Assembly: GCA_965224085.1 (NCBI GenBank)
Contig: CBDCYI010000011.1
Span: forward strand, 416,001-480,000
DNA length: 64,000 nt
Direction of reading: 5' to 3'
Origin: Candidatus Marinacidobacterales bacterium
Lineage (GTDB): Bacteria; Acidobacteriota; Vicinamibacteria; Marinacidobacterales; SMYC01
Positions within the stretch are counted from its first letter, which is position 1. Every line of letters starts with the position of its first letter. The notes under the pieces are model-generated. The model saw only the letters and a program-made list of their open reading frames with translations. It had not been told where the DNA came from and did not search any database. Shown here one piece after another: positions 1-9,558 of this stretch. Position numbers and translations under genes: made by a program.

Positions 1-482
1 AGAAAGAGCCGTGCACGATGGACGCGAACCCCGAGAGCACGTTCGTCCCCCGCTCCCGGAGAGAAGGTTTCGGAGCGGATGTCGACCGCGAGATCGGAGC
101 TCCAAACACCGCTGGTCGTCACCTCGAGCGTGTAGTCGTCGATCCGGCGGGAGGGCGTTAGGGGCAAGCGCTCCCCGCCGGCCTCGATGAAAACGAGAGG
201 CGGCTCTTGGCCGCGCGGACGAAAACCCGCGAGCGTCAGCTCGAGGCGCGCGCGCCCGCTCGCGCCGGGATCGCGGAAGACGAGCCGACTCCGCGCGCGT
301 GACCAGCGATAGCCGAGCTCGGCGTCATGAAAGTTTTCGACCGCGAAGCTGCTCGTGAAGCCTCTCCCCATCTGAAGGTCCAAAGTGACGGGAACCTGAT
401 AGGCAAGGGCGACGCCGAGCGGGGTCAGAAAAGCGGCAGCCGCGCCTACTTTCCACGGCGTGGAAAGGGAGTCTAGTCCCAC
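1..482 (-). CDS. Partial membrane-anchored hypothetical protein running off the left edge (possibly glycosylation-associated)
   Basis: Open frame from GTG at 482: VGLDSLSTPWKVGAAAAFLTPLGVALAYQ...GYRWSRARS...DERALGVRV; lies directly downstream of the GT2 gene. Confidence 0.6.
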   Translation of the reverse strand, partial: MGLDSLSTPWKVGAAAAFLTPLGVALAYQVPVTLDLQMGRGFTSSFAVENFHDAELGYRWSRARSRLVFRDPGASGRARLELTLAGFRPRGQEPPLVFIEAGGERLPLTPSRRIDDYTLEVTTSGVWSSDLAVDIRSETFSPGAGDERALGVRVHRARLF

Positions 483-487
483 AAGGA

Positions 488-1222
488 TCAGTCGCGCGCG
501 GCGAGCTTGGTTTTGCGGAAGTTAGAGAGTTTGACGCGCAACCAGAGCCGCATGAGAGCGAGAAAAGTGCGGGGGATATCGGTCGGCCCCACCGTCGAGC
601 TTCCCGCGGTGCGCGGGTAGTGCCGCACTCCGGTCTGCTCGTACTGGTAGCCGGCGCGGTGGAGCTGCACGACGATCTCGGTGTCGATGAAGAAATAATC
701 CTCTTCGAGAATGAGGGACTTGAGCGCCTCGCGGCGAAAGAGCTTGAACGAGCAATTCAAATCACGGACGTCCATGCCGAACGCAAAAGAGGCCAGCGCG
801 TTGTACCCGTTCGAGACCATCAAGCGGAAGGCGCCGTCTTGCCGGCCCACCCGGTAGCCGAGGATGGCGTCCGCTCCCTCCATCGCTGGGAGGAATCTTT
901 CGAGCTCTCGAAGGTCGAACTGGTTGTCGGCATCCGTGTAGAAAATATAACGCCCCCGCGCCGACTCGAAGCCAGCCCGCAGCGCTTTGCCATATCCGAG
1001 ATTCGACTTTTGAGTCAGGACGAGAAGCTTTTGGCCGAGCTCTTGCTCGAGCCGCTTCAAAATCGCGGGGGTCTCGTCGCGGCTTCCATCGTCGACGACG
1101 ACGATTTCAAAGGCGTCGACGAGCGGCGCCACAGCGTCGGCGGCGCTTCGAACGGCACGCTCGATATTGCCCTCTTCGTTGAAGGCAGGCAGAACGATTG
1201 AGACGGCTGGGGTGGCTCTCAT
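488..1222 (-). CDS. Glycosyltransferase family 2 (DPM1/ArnC-like)
   Basis: Motifs SIVLPAFNEE, VVVDDGSRD, NLGYGKAL, YTDADNQFD. Confidence 0.9.
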   Translation of the reverse strand: MRATPAVSIVLPAFNEEGNIERAVRSAADAVAPLVDAFEIVVVDDGSRDETPAILKRLEQELGQKLLVLTQKSNLGYGKALRAGFESARGRYIFYTDADNQFDLRELERFLPAMEGADAILGYRVGRQDGAFRLMVSNGYNALASFAFGMDVRDLNCSFKLFRREALKSLILEEDYFFIDTEIVVQLHRAGYQYEQTGVRHYPRTAGSSTVGPTDIPRTFLALMRLWLRVKLSNFRKTKLAARD

Positions 1223-1273
1223 GAGGTCGGAGGATCTTAGCAAATCCGACCAGCGGCCGAAAGCGAGGGCAAA

Positions 1274-1582
1274 TTACTTGGAAGACCCCGAAGTGCTTGA
1301 AGTGCCCGTCTTGGCCTTCACCTTGTCCGACGTTTTCTTGTCCGACGTTTTCTTGTCCGACGAGCTCGACGATTCGCTCGAGCTCTCGTCCGACCCAGAG
1401 CCTTTACGGGCGTAATCGGTCACGTACCATCCGCTGCCCTTGAACTGAATCGCCGGCGACGAGATTAGCCGCTCCGTTTTTCCTTTGCACTTTTCGCACT
1501 TCTTGAGCGGAGCGTCGCTGACTTTCTGGATGACTTCGAAGCGGTGCGCGCACTTTTTACACTCGTACTCGTAGATCGGCAC
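1274..1582 (-). CDS. FmdB-family zinc-ribbon protein
   Basis: MPIYEYECKKC...CEKC...FKGSGWYVTDY followed by a Ser/Lys-rich tail. Confidence 0.9.
   Translation of the reverse strand: MPIYEYECKKCAHRFEVIQKVSDAPLKKCEKCKGKTERLISSPAIQFKGSGWYVTDYARKGSGSDESSSESSSSSDKKTSDKKTSDKVKAKTGTSSTSGSSK
1322..1362. repeat. 15-nt tandem repeat (about 2.7 copies) encoding SDKKT in the FmdB tail
   Basis: cttgtccgacgtttt at 1322 and 1337, partial copy at 1352. Confidence 0.85.
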
Positions 1583-1658
1583 TTAAATAGTTTACGCAGA
1601 ACTAGCTCGCACCGTCAACAAAACCCTTCTCATGGCGTCCCGTTGCAAAAAAACACAG

Positions 1659-1688
1659 TTGACGCGAGCGATAGAATAGCGCTATAAG
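1659..1688 (+). promoter_or_regulatory. Putative sigma70 promoter of the trp operon
   Basis: TTGACG (1659-1664), 18 nt spacer, TATAAG (1683-1688), just upstream of the leader ORF. Confidence 0.6.
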
Positions 1689-1702
1689 ATCTCCTAGATA
1701 TC

Positions 1703-1759
1703 ATGTTCTATCGTACCCGTTCGGCCCAGGATCGCTTTTGGCGGTGGTGGTGCGGCTGA
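1703..1759 (+). CDS. trpL: trp operon leader peptide MFYRTRSAQDRFWRWWCG
   Basis: 18-codon ORF with TGG CGG TGG TGG just before the stop, upstream of trpE and overlapping the attenuator stems. Confidence 0.9.
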   Translation: MFYRTRSAQDRFWRWWCG

Positions 1760-1793
1760 ACGGGGAGCCCTTCCGACTAAATTAGGATTCGAG

Positions 1794-1833
1794 GAAAGAG
1801 GCAACCCGTTGGGGGTTGTCTCTTTCGCGTTTT
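1794..1833 (+). terminator. trp attenuator terminator hairpin
   Basis: GAAAGAGGCAACCC pairs with GGGTTGTCTCTTTC, followed by GCGTTTT; 1761-1774 can pair alternatively with 1793-1808. Confidence 0.85.
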
Positions 1834-1877
1834 ACGAGGCGCCTCCCGACAAAGGGACTTCGTAAGGTGAGAGGATC

Positions 1878-3392
1878 ATGAAAGCCAGAACACGCGTGAG
1901 CGTTCTCGACGACGCGGACTGCCGCACGCCGCTCGATCTTTTTCAGAAGCTCCGTGCGCGCTCCGGGGTCGAAGGCGCCGCACTCATGGAGAGCGCGGCA
2001 GTTGGAAGCCCGGGCGGTACGCGAAGTCTCGTCGTGCCCGAAGCCGTCCTGCGTCTCACCGTCCGCGGTGGTGAGGCACGATTCCGCCCGCTTTCGCCTC
2101 GAGCGAAGCGGCTCATGTGCGAGCTCGGCGACGTGCGGCGCCTGCCGACGGGCGCGAGCGATCCCTCGCTTCCGGATCACGAACGACTAAAGGCGAGCTC
2201 GGTGCTCGACGCCGTACGTGATCTCGCCGGAATCGTCGAAGACGAGGAGCCCGGCGAAGCACTTCCGGCGGGGGTCTACGGCGCGTTCTCCTACGAGCTC
2301 GTCGATCAATGGGAGGATCTTCCGGCCCGGCCTCCCGACCCATGGGACGAGCCCGACATCAACGTCGTGCTCGCGCTCGATACCATCCTCTATGACCACT
2401 TGAGCCGTGACATCCGCGTGGTGACGCGTTCTCTCGACCCTTCGGAGGATGGCGAGGCGGAAGCGAGGCATCGGAGTCTCGTCGAGGCTTTGCGCGGCTC
2501 GTCGAAAGAACCTCGTCTACCCACAAACGTTGTCGAGAAGAGTGCTGCGGCCGACATCAGCGAGCAAGACTTTCTCGCTTCGGTGCGAAAGTTTCTACAT
2601 CACATCGAAGAAGGCGACATCTTTCAAGGCGTCTTGTCTCGGGGCCTTTCAATGAAGAGTGATGCCTGCACTCTCGATGTCTATCGCGTTCTAAGAAAGC
2701 TCAACCCTTCCCCCTATATGTTTCATGTCGATCTCGAGGACGGCGTTCTTCTCGGCGCTTCTCCCGAGACGTGCGTCAAAGTCGAATCCGGCCGTGTCGA
2801 GATCCGGCCGATTGCGGGGACCGCGCCGCGCGGCTTTCGTGAAGACGGCTCCATCGACGAAGAGCTCGACTCACGTCTCGCCGTCGGTTTGCTGCTCGAC
2901 CCGAAAGAGCAAGCCGAGCACGCGATGCTCGTGGATCTTGCCCGTAACGACGTCGCCCGTGTCTGCCTTCCGGGGACGCGCCAGGTGGCGAAGCCTTTTA
3001 CGATCGAAAAATACAGCCACGTGCAGCATCTCGTGAGCGGCGTGACGGGGCAGTTGCCGCCCGAGCTCGACGCGCTTCATGCCTATCGTGCGGCGGCGAA
3101 CATGGGCACCCTCACCGGCGCCCCCAAACTGCGCGCGATGGAACTCATCCGCGAAACGGAGCCCTTCGCGCGCGGTTACTACGGAGGCGCGGTCGGTTAT
3201 CTGCTCCAAGACGGAAGCTTCGATAGCTGCATCGTGATCCGCTCGATGCGTTATCGGCAAGACGGCATCTACCACACGCGAGCCGGCGCGGGGATCGTCG
3301 CCGATAGCGAGCCCGCACGTGAGCTCGCAGAAACGGAGCACAAGGCGCGCGCTTGCCGGCAAGCGGTCGCGATGGCGGAGGCGTTGCCATGA
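1878..3392 (+). CDS. trpE: Anthranilate synthase component I
   Basis: LMES-x10-S and NPSPYM Trp-feedback motifs, GASPET, EHAMLVDLARND, GTLTGAPK. Confidence 0.95.
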   Translation: MKARTRVSVLDDADCRTPLDLFQKLRARSGVEGAALMESAAVGSPGGTRSLVVPEAVLRLTVRGGEARFRPLSPRAKRLMCELGDVRRLPTGASDPSLPDHERLKASSVLDAVRDLAGIVEDEEPGEALPAGVYGAFSYELVDQWEDLPARPPDPWDEPDINVVLALDTILYDHLSRDIRVVTRSLDPSEDGEAEARHRSLVEALRGSSKEPRLPTNVVEKSAAADISEQDFLASVRKFLHHIEEGDIFQGVLSRGLSMKSDACTLDVYRVLRKLNPSPYMFHVDLEDGVLLGASPETCVKVESGRVEIRPIAGTAPRGFREDGSIDEELDSRLAVGLLLDPKEQAEHAMLVDLARNDVARVCLPGTRQVAKPFTIEKYSHVQHLVSGVTGQLPPELDALHAYRAAANMGTLTGAPKLRAMELIRETEPFARGYYGGAVGYLLQDGSFDSCIVIRSMRYRQDGIYHTRAGAGIVADSEPARELAETEHKARACRQAVAMAEALP

Positions 3393-4072
3393 CCCGCCTT
3401 CGCCCTTCGGGCTTCGGCGAGGTAAACCCCCTCCGGGCTTCGGGCTTCGACGAGGTAAACCATGCTCTGGAGCGTGTTCTCGTTCTCGACAACCGCGATA
3501 GCTTCGTCTTCAATCTCGTCGACGAGTTCCGCGCGCGCGGTGCGTCGGTGCGAACGCTCCGAAGCGATCTATCCCTCGACGCTTGGACGGCGGCGCTCGA
3601 CGCTTTCCTGCCTCACCTCGTTGTCCTGTCTCCGGGCCCGGGACGACCTGAGGAGGCGGGTGTTACGGTCGAGTGGCTGCGAACGTCGCCGGCGGTCCCG
3701 GTACTCGGCATCTGCCTCGGGCACCAAGCGCTAGCACTCGCCGCGGGCGGCGAAGTTCACCGAGCGCCGCGGCCGGTCCACGGCCGCAAAGACCGCGTCA
3801 CCTTCCTCGAGGACGAGCCGATTTTCGAAGGGTTCGGAGGCTCGCTTCCGGCGGCCCGCTATCACAGCCTCGTGGTGAGGACCGTCCCAAAGATAATGAA
3901 AGTCGTCGCCACCGTCGAGGATAGCGGCGAGACCTTGGTCATGGGTATTCGACACAGAAGTCTCTGCCAACTGGGGCTCCAGTTTCATCCCGAATCCATC
4001 TTGACGCCGTTGGGGCGCACGCTCCTTTGGCGTTTTCTCGACGAAGCCAAACGTCACGGAGAAACATCATGA
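3389..4072 (+). CDS. trpG: Anthranilate synthase component II (glutamine amidotransferase)
   Basis: DNRDSF, SPGPG, GICLGHQ, QFHPES; ATGA overlap with the trpE stop. Confidence 0.93.
   Translation: MTRLRPSGFGEVNPLRASGFDEVNHALERVLVLDNRDSFVFNLVDEFRARGASVRTLRSDLSLDAWTAALDAFLPHLVVLSPGPGRPEEAGVTVEWLRTSPAVPVLGICLGHQALALAAGGEVHRAPRPVHGRKDRVTFLEDEPIFEGFGGSLPAARYHSLVVRTVPKIMKVVATVEDSGETLVMGIRHRSLCQLGLQFHPESILTPLGRTLLWRFLDEAKRHGETS
3405..3461 (+). repeat. 24-nt direct repeat (period 33 nt), REP-like, inside the 5' end of trpG
   Basis: cttcgggcttcggcgaggtaaacc (3405-3428) and cttcgggcttcgacgaggtaaacc (3438-3461). Confidence 0.85.
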
Positions 4073-5103
4073 TCCCGGATTTGATCGAAAGACTGCTCGC
4101 GGGTGAGACCGCAGAGCCCAAAGCTCTCGAGGACGCGCTCCATCGCATCATGATGGGTGAGGTGCCGCAGCCCCAGACGGCGGGTCTGCTCGTGGCTCTG
4201 CGTGTCAAAGAGCCCGACGCCAAAACACTCGCGGCCTGCGCGCGCGTGATGCGGGCGCATCGGATCGCGGTCCAAAGCGAAGTCCAACCGCTTGTCGATA
4301 CCTGCGGTACGGGAGGCGACCGCGCCGGGAGCTTCAACATCTCCACCGCTGCCGCACTCGTCGTAGCGGCTGCGGGGGGCGCGGTGGCAAAGCATGGCAA
4401 CCGTAGCGTCTCGTCGAAGGCAGGGAGCGCCGACGTGCTCGAAGCGAGCGGCGCGGCGTTGAGCCTCGGCCCGAAAGAGGTCGAGAAATGTCTCGATGCG
4501 ACCGGCTTCGCCTTTCTGTTCGCGCCCGTGTTTCATCCTGCGATGGCCAACGTGGCTCCGGTGCGCAAAGCGCTTGGCGTGCGCACGCTCTTCAATCTCC
4601 TCGGGCCGCTCGCCAACCCCGCTTTGGCCGAGCGCCAGTTGATGGGCGTCTACGACCCTTCGATGACTAAAGTAATGGCGGAGGCACTTTTGGAGCTCGG
4701 AACGGAAGGCGCTCTCGTGATCCATTGCGACGGCCTCGACGAGATCGGTTTGCACAGCGTGACCCAGGGACACTTCGTGAACGAGGGCAAAGTGGAGCCG
4801 TTCACTTTGGATCCCAAGGACTTCGATCTCGAGCCCGCGTCCATCGAGTCTTTGAAAGGCGGCAACCCCGAGGAGAACGCAAAGATCCTCGAAGCGGTCT
4901 TGAGTGGCGAGAAAGGTCCAAAGGCGGACGCGGTCGCGATCAACGCCGCCGCCGCGCTCGGCGTCGCGGGACTGACGCGCGATCTTGCGCAAGGGTTGAA
5001 GGTCGCGCGCGAAACGCTCGCGAATGGAAGCGCGGCCCGTGTGCTCAAGCGCTTCGTTTCAACGAGCCAGCGTCTCGCCGCTCTGGAGACGAAAGCCCGA
5101 TGA
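4069..5103 (+). CDS. trpD: Anthranilate phosphoribosyltransferase
   Basis: DTCGTGGD, FNIST, KHGNRSVSSKAGSADVLE, RTLFNLLGPLANP. Confidence 0.96.
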   Translation: MIPDLIERLLAGETAEPKALEDALHRIMMGEVPQPQTAGLLVALRVKEPDAKTLAACARVMRAHRIAVQSEVQPLVDTCGTGGDRAGSFNISTAAALVVAAAGGAVAKHGNRSVSSKAGSADVLEASGAALSLGPKEVEKCLDATGFAFLFAPVFHPAMANVAPVRKALGVRTLFNLLGPLANPALAERQLMGVYDPSMTKVMAEALLELGTEGALVIHCDGLDEIGLHSVTQGHFVNEGKVEPFTLDPKDFDLEPASIESLKGGNPEENAKILEAVLSGEKGPKADAVAINAAAALGVAGLTRDLAQGLKVARETLANGSAARVLKRFVSTSQRLAALETKAR

Positions 5104-5843
5104 GCCTTATCGACGAGCTCATCGCCAGCGCGCGGGAGCGCGCCGAAGCTCTGCCGCCACGGGAGTGTTTTCCCGAGCGGGCTCCGTCCTTTCGAGAGGC
5201 TCTTCGCGGCAAGGCGCATCTCGATGTTATCGCGGAGTTCAAGAGAGCGAGCCCGAGTCTCGGCGCCATTGCCGAGCGCGGACTCGAAGACCAAGTGCAA
5301 CGCTACGCCCAGGCGGGCGCCGCGGCCATCAGCGTTCTCACCGAGCCATCACGCTTCAAAGGCTCTTTGTCGGATCTAGAGCGCACCGTCGCGAGCGTAG
5401 ATGTGCCAGTCCTGATGAAGGACTTCGTCGTACATCGCGCGCAAGTTCGAGAGGCGGCGTTTCTCGGCGCGAGCGCCGTGCTTCTCATCGTCCGCTGTCT
5501 CTCCCGAGAACAGCTCAGCGAGCTCGCGCAAGCCGCGGTCGCGCTCGGCCTCACGCCCCTCGTGGAATGCCACCACGCGCACGAGCTCGAGCGCGCGCTC
5601 GAGATCGAGGGCGCGGTCATCGGGGTCAACAATCGCGACCTCGATACACTAGCGATCGATACGAGTCTTTCGCCGCGCGTACTCAGAGGCGTCCCGCGCG
5701 AACGCGTCGTCGTTGCGGAAAGCGGTTATGAGCACGCCGAAGACGTCGCCGAGCTGCGCGGGGTCGCCGACGCGGTCCTTATCGGCTCGGCGCTCATGAA
5801 GCTCGACGATCCTTCGCAAAGGATTCAGGAGTTAAGCAGGTGA
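5100..5843 (+). CDS. trpC: Indole-3-glycerol phosphate synthase
   Basis: IAEFKRASPS, ISVLTEP, LMKDF, GVNNRDL, VAESG; start taken at the ATGA overlap at 5100. Confidence 0.95.
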   Translation: MSLIDELIASARERAEALPPRECFPERAPSFREALRGKAHLDVIAEFKRASPSLGAIAERGLEDQVQRYAQAGAAAISVLTEPSRFKGSLSDLERTVASVDVPVLMKDFVVHRAQVREAAFLGASAVLLIVRCLSREQLSELAQAAVALGLTPLVECHHAHELERALEIEGAVIGVNNRDLDTLAIDTSLSPRVLRGVPRERVVVAESGYEHAEDVAELRGVADAVLIGSALMKLDDPSQRIQELSR

Positions 5844-6445
5844 GACCTTTTGTCAAAATCTGTGGGATCACGCGTCCCGAAGACGCCGTACTCGCGGCCT
5901 CGCTCGGGGCAACGCATATCGGCGCGGTTCGAAGCCCGACCTCGCCGCGCGCGGTGAGCGTCGAAAAAGCGCGCACCATTTTCGACGCGGTGTCCGACCG
6001 TGTGGAGACGGTGTTCGTGTTCCGAGGCGTCCCCATCGAAGAGGTGCTCGAAGACGCCTCAGCGAGCGGCGTGCGATCCGTCCAGCTCTACGACGCGGCG
6101 GAAGCCAACGTGCGCGCCGCCGAAGCGGCCGGGCTCCGTGTATATCGCGTATTCGGCATGGAAGAAGATTCTCGGGCGCTGCCTGTGCTCGACCCGCCGC
6201 CTTCTTTAGCCCACCCCGCGCTTCTCGATGTCGGTGGCGGCGGCTCCGGACGTCGCTTCGATTGGGCTCTGTTCGGCGCGCAGGCGCCGGAAGCAACGTT
6301 CATCGCGGGCGGGATACGCCCGGGCAACGTTCGTGAGCTCTTGAGCTATCAGCCTTACGGCATTGATCTGGCCACCGGCATCGAGAGCGCGCCCGGCGAA
6401 AAGGACGAAGCCAAACTGCGCGCGCTCTTCGAGGAGGTCTTCTGA
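5840..6445 (+). CDS. trpF: Phosphoribosylanthranilate isomerase
   Basis: [26 protein letters not shown]. Confidence 0.93.
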   Translation: MRPFVKICGITRPEDAVLAASLGATHIGAVRSPTSPRAVSVEKARTIFDAVSDRVETVFVFRGVPIEEVLEDASASGVRSVQLYDAAEANVRAAEAAGLRVYRVFGMEEDSRALPVLDPPPSLAHPALLDVGGGGSGRRFDWALFGAQAPEATFIAGGIRPGNVRELLSYQPYGIDLATGIESAPGEKDEAKLRALFEEVF

Positions 6446-7647
6446 TGGTTGAAGCACTTCGTCCGCGCGTCGGAGCTTTCGGAGAGTATGGCGGCCGTTT
6501 CGTGCCGGAGCTTCTTGTGCCTGCGCTCGAAGAGCTCGAGCGCGCGCGCCGAGATGTCCTCCCGAGCCGCGAGTTTCGCAAAGAGCTCGCGCTACTTCTC
6601 GAAGAATGGGCGGGCCGGCCCACGCCGCTCTCGACCGCGCCCGCTTTCTCGCAAGCGTGCGAGCTCGAAGTCGTGTTCAAACGCGAAGACCTTCTTCACG
6701 GCGGCGCGCACAAGACGAACAACGTGGCGGGCCAAGCGCTCATGGCCAAGTTCTTGGGCAAGAAGCGCGTTATCGCCGAGACCGGCGCCGGACAGCACGG
6801 CGCCGCGACCGCCATGGCGGCCGCGCGGCTCGGGCTCGAGGCCATCATCTATATGGGCGAGAAGGACATGGAGCGGCAGGCGCCGAACGTGAAGCGGATG
6901 GAGCTTTGCGGGGCGACCGTCGTTCCTGTGACCGCTGGCGCGCGCACGTTGAAAGACGCGATCAACGAAGCGCTCCGCGACTGGACCAGAAACTTGGAAT
7001 CCACGCATTACTTGCTCGGGACGGTGTGCGGACCGCATCCGTTTCCGCGGCTCGTGCGCGACTTTCAGGCGGTGGTAGGCCGCGAAGCGCGCTCGCAATG
7101 GCGAAAGCGTTTCGGCGGCCTTCCCGATGCCGTCGTCGCCTGCGTGGGTGGCGGAAGCAACGCTATCGGTATCTTCCACGCATTCGTTCCCAAAAAACGC
7201 GTGAAGCTCATCGGCGTCGAGCCTGGTGGTGAAGGCGTTCACACGAAGAAACATGGTGCGACGCTCGTTGCCGGGACGGCCGGCCTGTTGCACGGCGCCC
7301 GCACGAGCGTGCTCCAGGATGACGAGGGACAGATCCTCGAACCGCACAGTGTCTCGGCCGGTCTCGATTATCCAGGCGTAGGTCCTGAGCACGCTTATCT
7401 TCGGGACAGCGGCCGCGCCCAATATCTGGCCGTTAACGATGGCGAAGCCCTCGACGCCTTTGAAAAACTCTCCGAGCTCGAAGGCATCATCCCTGCCTTC
7501 GAACCGGCTCACGCGCTTGCTTTCTTGTTGAAAGCGGTGCGGGAGGAGGCCCTTCTCAAAGGAGCACGCGTTCTCATGAATTTGTGCGGCCGGGGAGACA
7601 AAGACCTCGACACCTACTTCACGCATTTCACCGGGAGGCACGCATGA
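6445..7647 (+). CDS. trpB: Tryptophan synthase beta chain
   Basis: [15 protein letters not shown] (PLP lysine), [26 protein letters not shown]. Confidence 0.97.
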   Translation: MVEALRPRVGAFGEYGGRFVPELLVPALEELERARRDVLPSREFRKELALLLEEWAGRPTPLSTAPAFSQACELEVVFKREDLLHGGAHKTNNVAGQALMAKFLGKKRVIAETGAGQHGAATAMAAARLGLEAIIYMGEKDMERQAPNVKRMELCGATVVPVTAGARTLKDAINEALRDWTRNLESTHYLLGTVCGPHPFPRLVRDFQAVVGREARSQWRKRFGGLPDAVVACVGGGSNAIGIFHAFVPKKRVKLIGVEPGGEGVHTKKHGATLVAGTAGLLHGARTSVLQDDEGQILEPHSVSAGLDYPGVGPEHAYLRDSGRAQYLAVNDGEALDAFEKLSELEGIIPAFEPAHALAFLLKAVREEALLKGARVLMNLCGRGDKDLDTYFTHFTGRHA

Positions 7648-8432
7648 GCCGCGCACTCCTGAAAAAGCGTCTCGCCGAAGGCCCGCAAGTGAGCCCGTTT
7701 CTCGTGCTCGGCGATCCAACACCGGAGCTTTCGGTCGAGCTCGCCAAAACTGCAGTCGCGTCAGGCGCGGACATGATCGAGATCGGCTTTCCTTATGGCG
7801 ACCCCGTCGCCGACGGACCTGCCATCCAGAAGGCGGACATGCGCGCTCTCGAAGCTGGCACTTCCACGTCCAAAGCGATCGGGATCCTCGCGCGCATCCA
7901 CGAGGCCTGTCCCAAGACACCGCTCAACTTGCTCGTCTACGGAAACCTCGTTCACGCGAGAGGCTTCGAGCGCTTTTGCCAAAACGTCGTCGATGCCGGC
8001 GCCTCTTCGTTGCTCGTCCCCGATATCTGCCTCGAGGAAAGCAAACCGCTCATAAAGGCGTGCCGCCGCGCGCGCCTCGGCCACGTCCAGCTCGTTGGAC
8101 CCTTGACGTCGCCGGAGCGGCTGAAGCGGATCGATGCCGCAGCCACGAGCTTCATCTACCTCGTCGCGCATCAGGGCGTCACCGGTGTCCGAGGCGGAGG
8201 CTTCGACGATGTCGCGGCGCTCGTACAGCGAACCGCGTGGCAGTTGAAAAACCCGCTTTGCGTTGGCTTCGGTCTTTCGAAGCCGGAGCAAATTCGGCGT
8301 GTGTTCAAAGCGGGTGCGGGACTCGCGGTCGTGGGGAGCTACCTCGCCGGAGTCATCGACCAAAACGCGCGCGGCGACCATTTACTCACGGCTTTCGACG
8401 AGGCGCTCCGGCCCCTCATCGACTGGCAGTGA
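7644..8432 (+). CDS. trpA: Tryptophan synthase alpha chain
   Basis: [30 protein letters not shown]. Confidence 0.95.
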   Translation: MSRALLKKRLAEGPQVSPFLVLGDPTPELSVELAKTAVASGADMIEIGFPYGDPVADGPAIQKADMRALEAGTSTSKAIGILARIHEACPKTPLNLLVYGNLVHARGFERFCQNVVDAGASSLLVPDICLEESKPLIKACRRARLGHVQLVGPLTSPERLKRIDAAATSFIYLVAHQGVTGVRGGGFDDVAALVQRTAWQLKNPLCVGFGLSKPEQIRRVFKAGAGLAVVGSYLAGVIDQNARGDHLLTAFDEALRPLIDWQ

Positions 8433-8458
8433 ATCGCGAAAAAAGGATTGGCCAAGAC

Positions 8459-9469
8459 ATGCTCGTCATCATGCGAAAAGGAAGTACGGAGAAAGAATGC
8501 GACGCCGTCGAAGAACAGATTCAGCGTATGGGCTATACACCTCTTCCCGTACCGGGAGAGAACCGCACCGCGATTTGCGTCACCGGGAACAAAGGCCCTG
8601 TCGACGCCGCTTTCTTGAACCAGATGCCGGGGGTGCTCGAATGTATCCCGGTGACGAAGCCTTACAAGCTCGTCAGCCGCGAGGTACATCCCGAAGACAC
8701 GATCGTTCTGGTCGGCGACCACAGCATCGGCGGCAGTAGCACGACTTTCATCGCGGGCCCATGCAGCGTCGAGACCGAATCGCGAACGCTCGCCGTTGCG
8801 CGGAAAGTGAAAGAAGCGGGCGCGCACGTATTTCGAGCCGGCGCCTATAAACCGCGAACGAGCCCTTATGCGTTTCAGGGACTGGGTGCGGAGGGTCTGC
8901 TCACGCTGAAACAAGTACGGGACGAGCTCGGTCTTCCCGTCGTTAGTGAAGTGATCGACTCGAGCCTCGCGGAGAAAGTCGCGGAGCATGTTGACATTCT
9001 GCAAGTCGGTGCGCGCAACATGCAGAATTTTGCGCTCTTGACGAAGCTTGGCGAGCTGAAACACCCCGTGCTCTTGAAGCGAGGGATGGCGGCGACCCTC
9101 GAGGAGTGGCTGATGGCTGCCGAGTATCTATTAGCCGCGGGGAACCCGAACGTCATCTTGTGCGAGCGCGGCGTCCGTACGTTCAACAATCACTCACGCA
9201 ACACCTTGGATTTGAACGTCGTGCCCCTGGCGCGAAAAATGACCCACTTGCCGGTGCTCGTGGACCCGTCGCATGGCGTGGGCAAGCGCGACCGCGTCCG
9301 ACCACTCGCGCGCGCGGCGCTCGCCTCGGGGGCGCACGGCTTGATAATGGAAGTGCATACGCACCCGGATACGGCCTATTCGGATGCGCACCAAACGATC
9401 CACGTCGAGACTTTCGCGGGCATCGTGAAGGACGCGTCGATCTTGAGCCAGCTCGTCCCTCTTTTCTGA
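8459..9469 (+). CDS. aroF: DAHP synthase type I-beta with an N-terminal ACT-like regulatory domain
   Basis: IAGPCSVE, KPRTSPYAFQG, QVGARNMQNF, DPSH; N-terminus MLVIMRKG resembles the Thermotoga type. Confidence 0.93.
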   Translation: MLVIMRKGSTEKECDAVEEQIQRMGYTPLPVPGENRTAICVTGNKGPVDAAFLNQMPGVLECIPVTKPYKLVSREVHPEDTIVLVGDHSIGGSSTTFIAGPCSVETESRTLAVARKVKEAGAHVFRAGAYKPRTSPYAFQGLGAEGLLTLKQVRDELGLPVVSEVIDSSLAEKVAEHVDILQVGARNMQNFALLTKLGELKHPVLLKRGMAATLEEWLMAAEYLLAAGNPNVILCERGVRTFNNHSRNTLDLNVVPLARKMTHLPVLVDPSHGVGKRDRVRPLARAALASGAHGLIMEVHTHPDTAYSDAHQTIHVETFAGIVKDASILSQLVPLF

Positions 9470-9558
9470 GTAGGAAGGGGCTGACACTCGTCACCAATCG
9501 CCCCGCTCTTCCGATCCAAAAGCCGCACTCTTACGAATCTCGTCCAGATAACACCGAG

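Noticed and set aside
1596-1612. GAACTAG as a TrpR operator
   Set aside because: Half-site only, not palindromic, and away from the putative promoter
4725-5100. Long N-terminal extensions of the trpC, aroF (7976), lpxL (31560) and hsp20 ORFs as fusions
   Set aside because: The extensions overlap upstream genes or precede a better SD or coupled start; true starts lie downstream
6592-7920. 442-aa antisense ORF over trpB (similar ones over trpD, waaF and others)
   Set aside because: Shadow ORFs are expected opposite GC-rich genes; no motifs, and the sense genes are unambiguous
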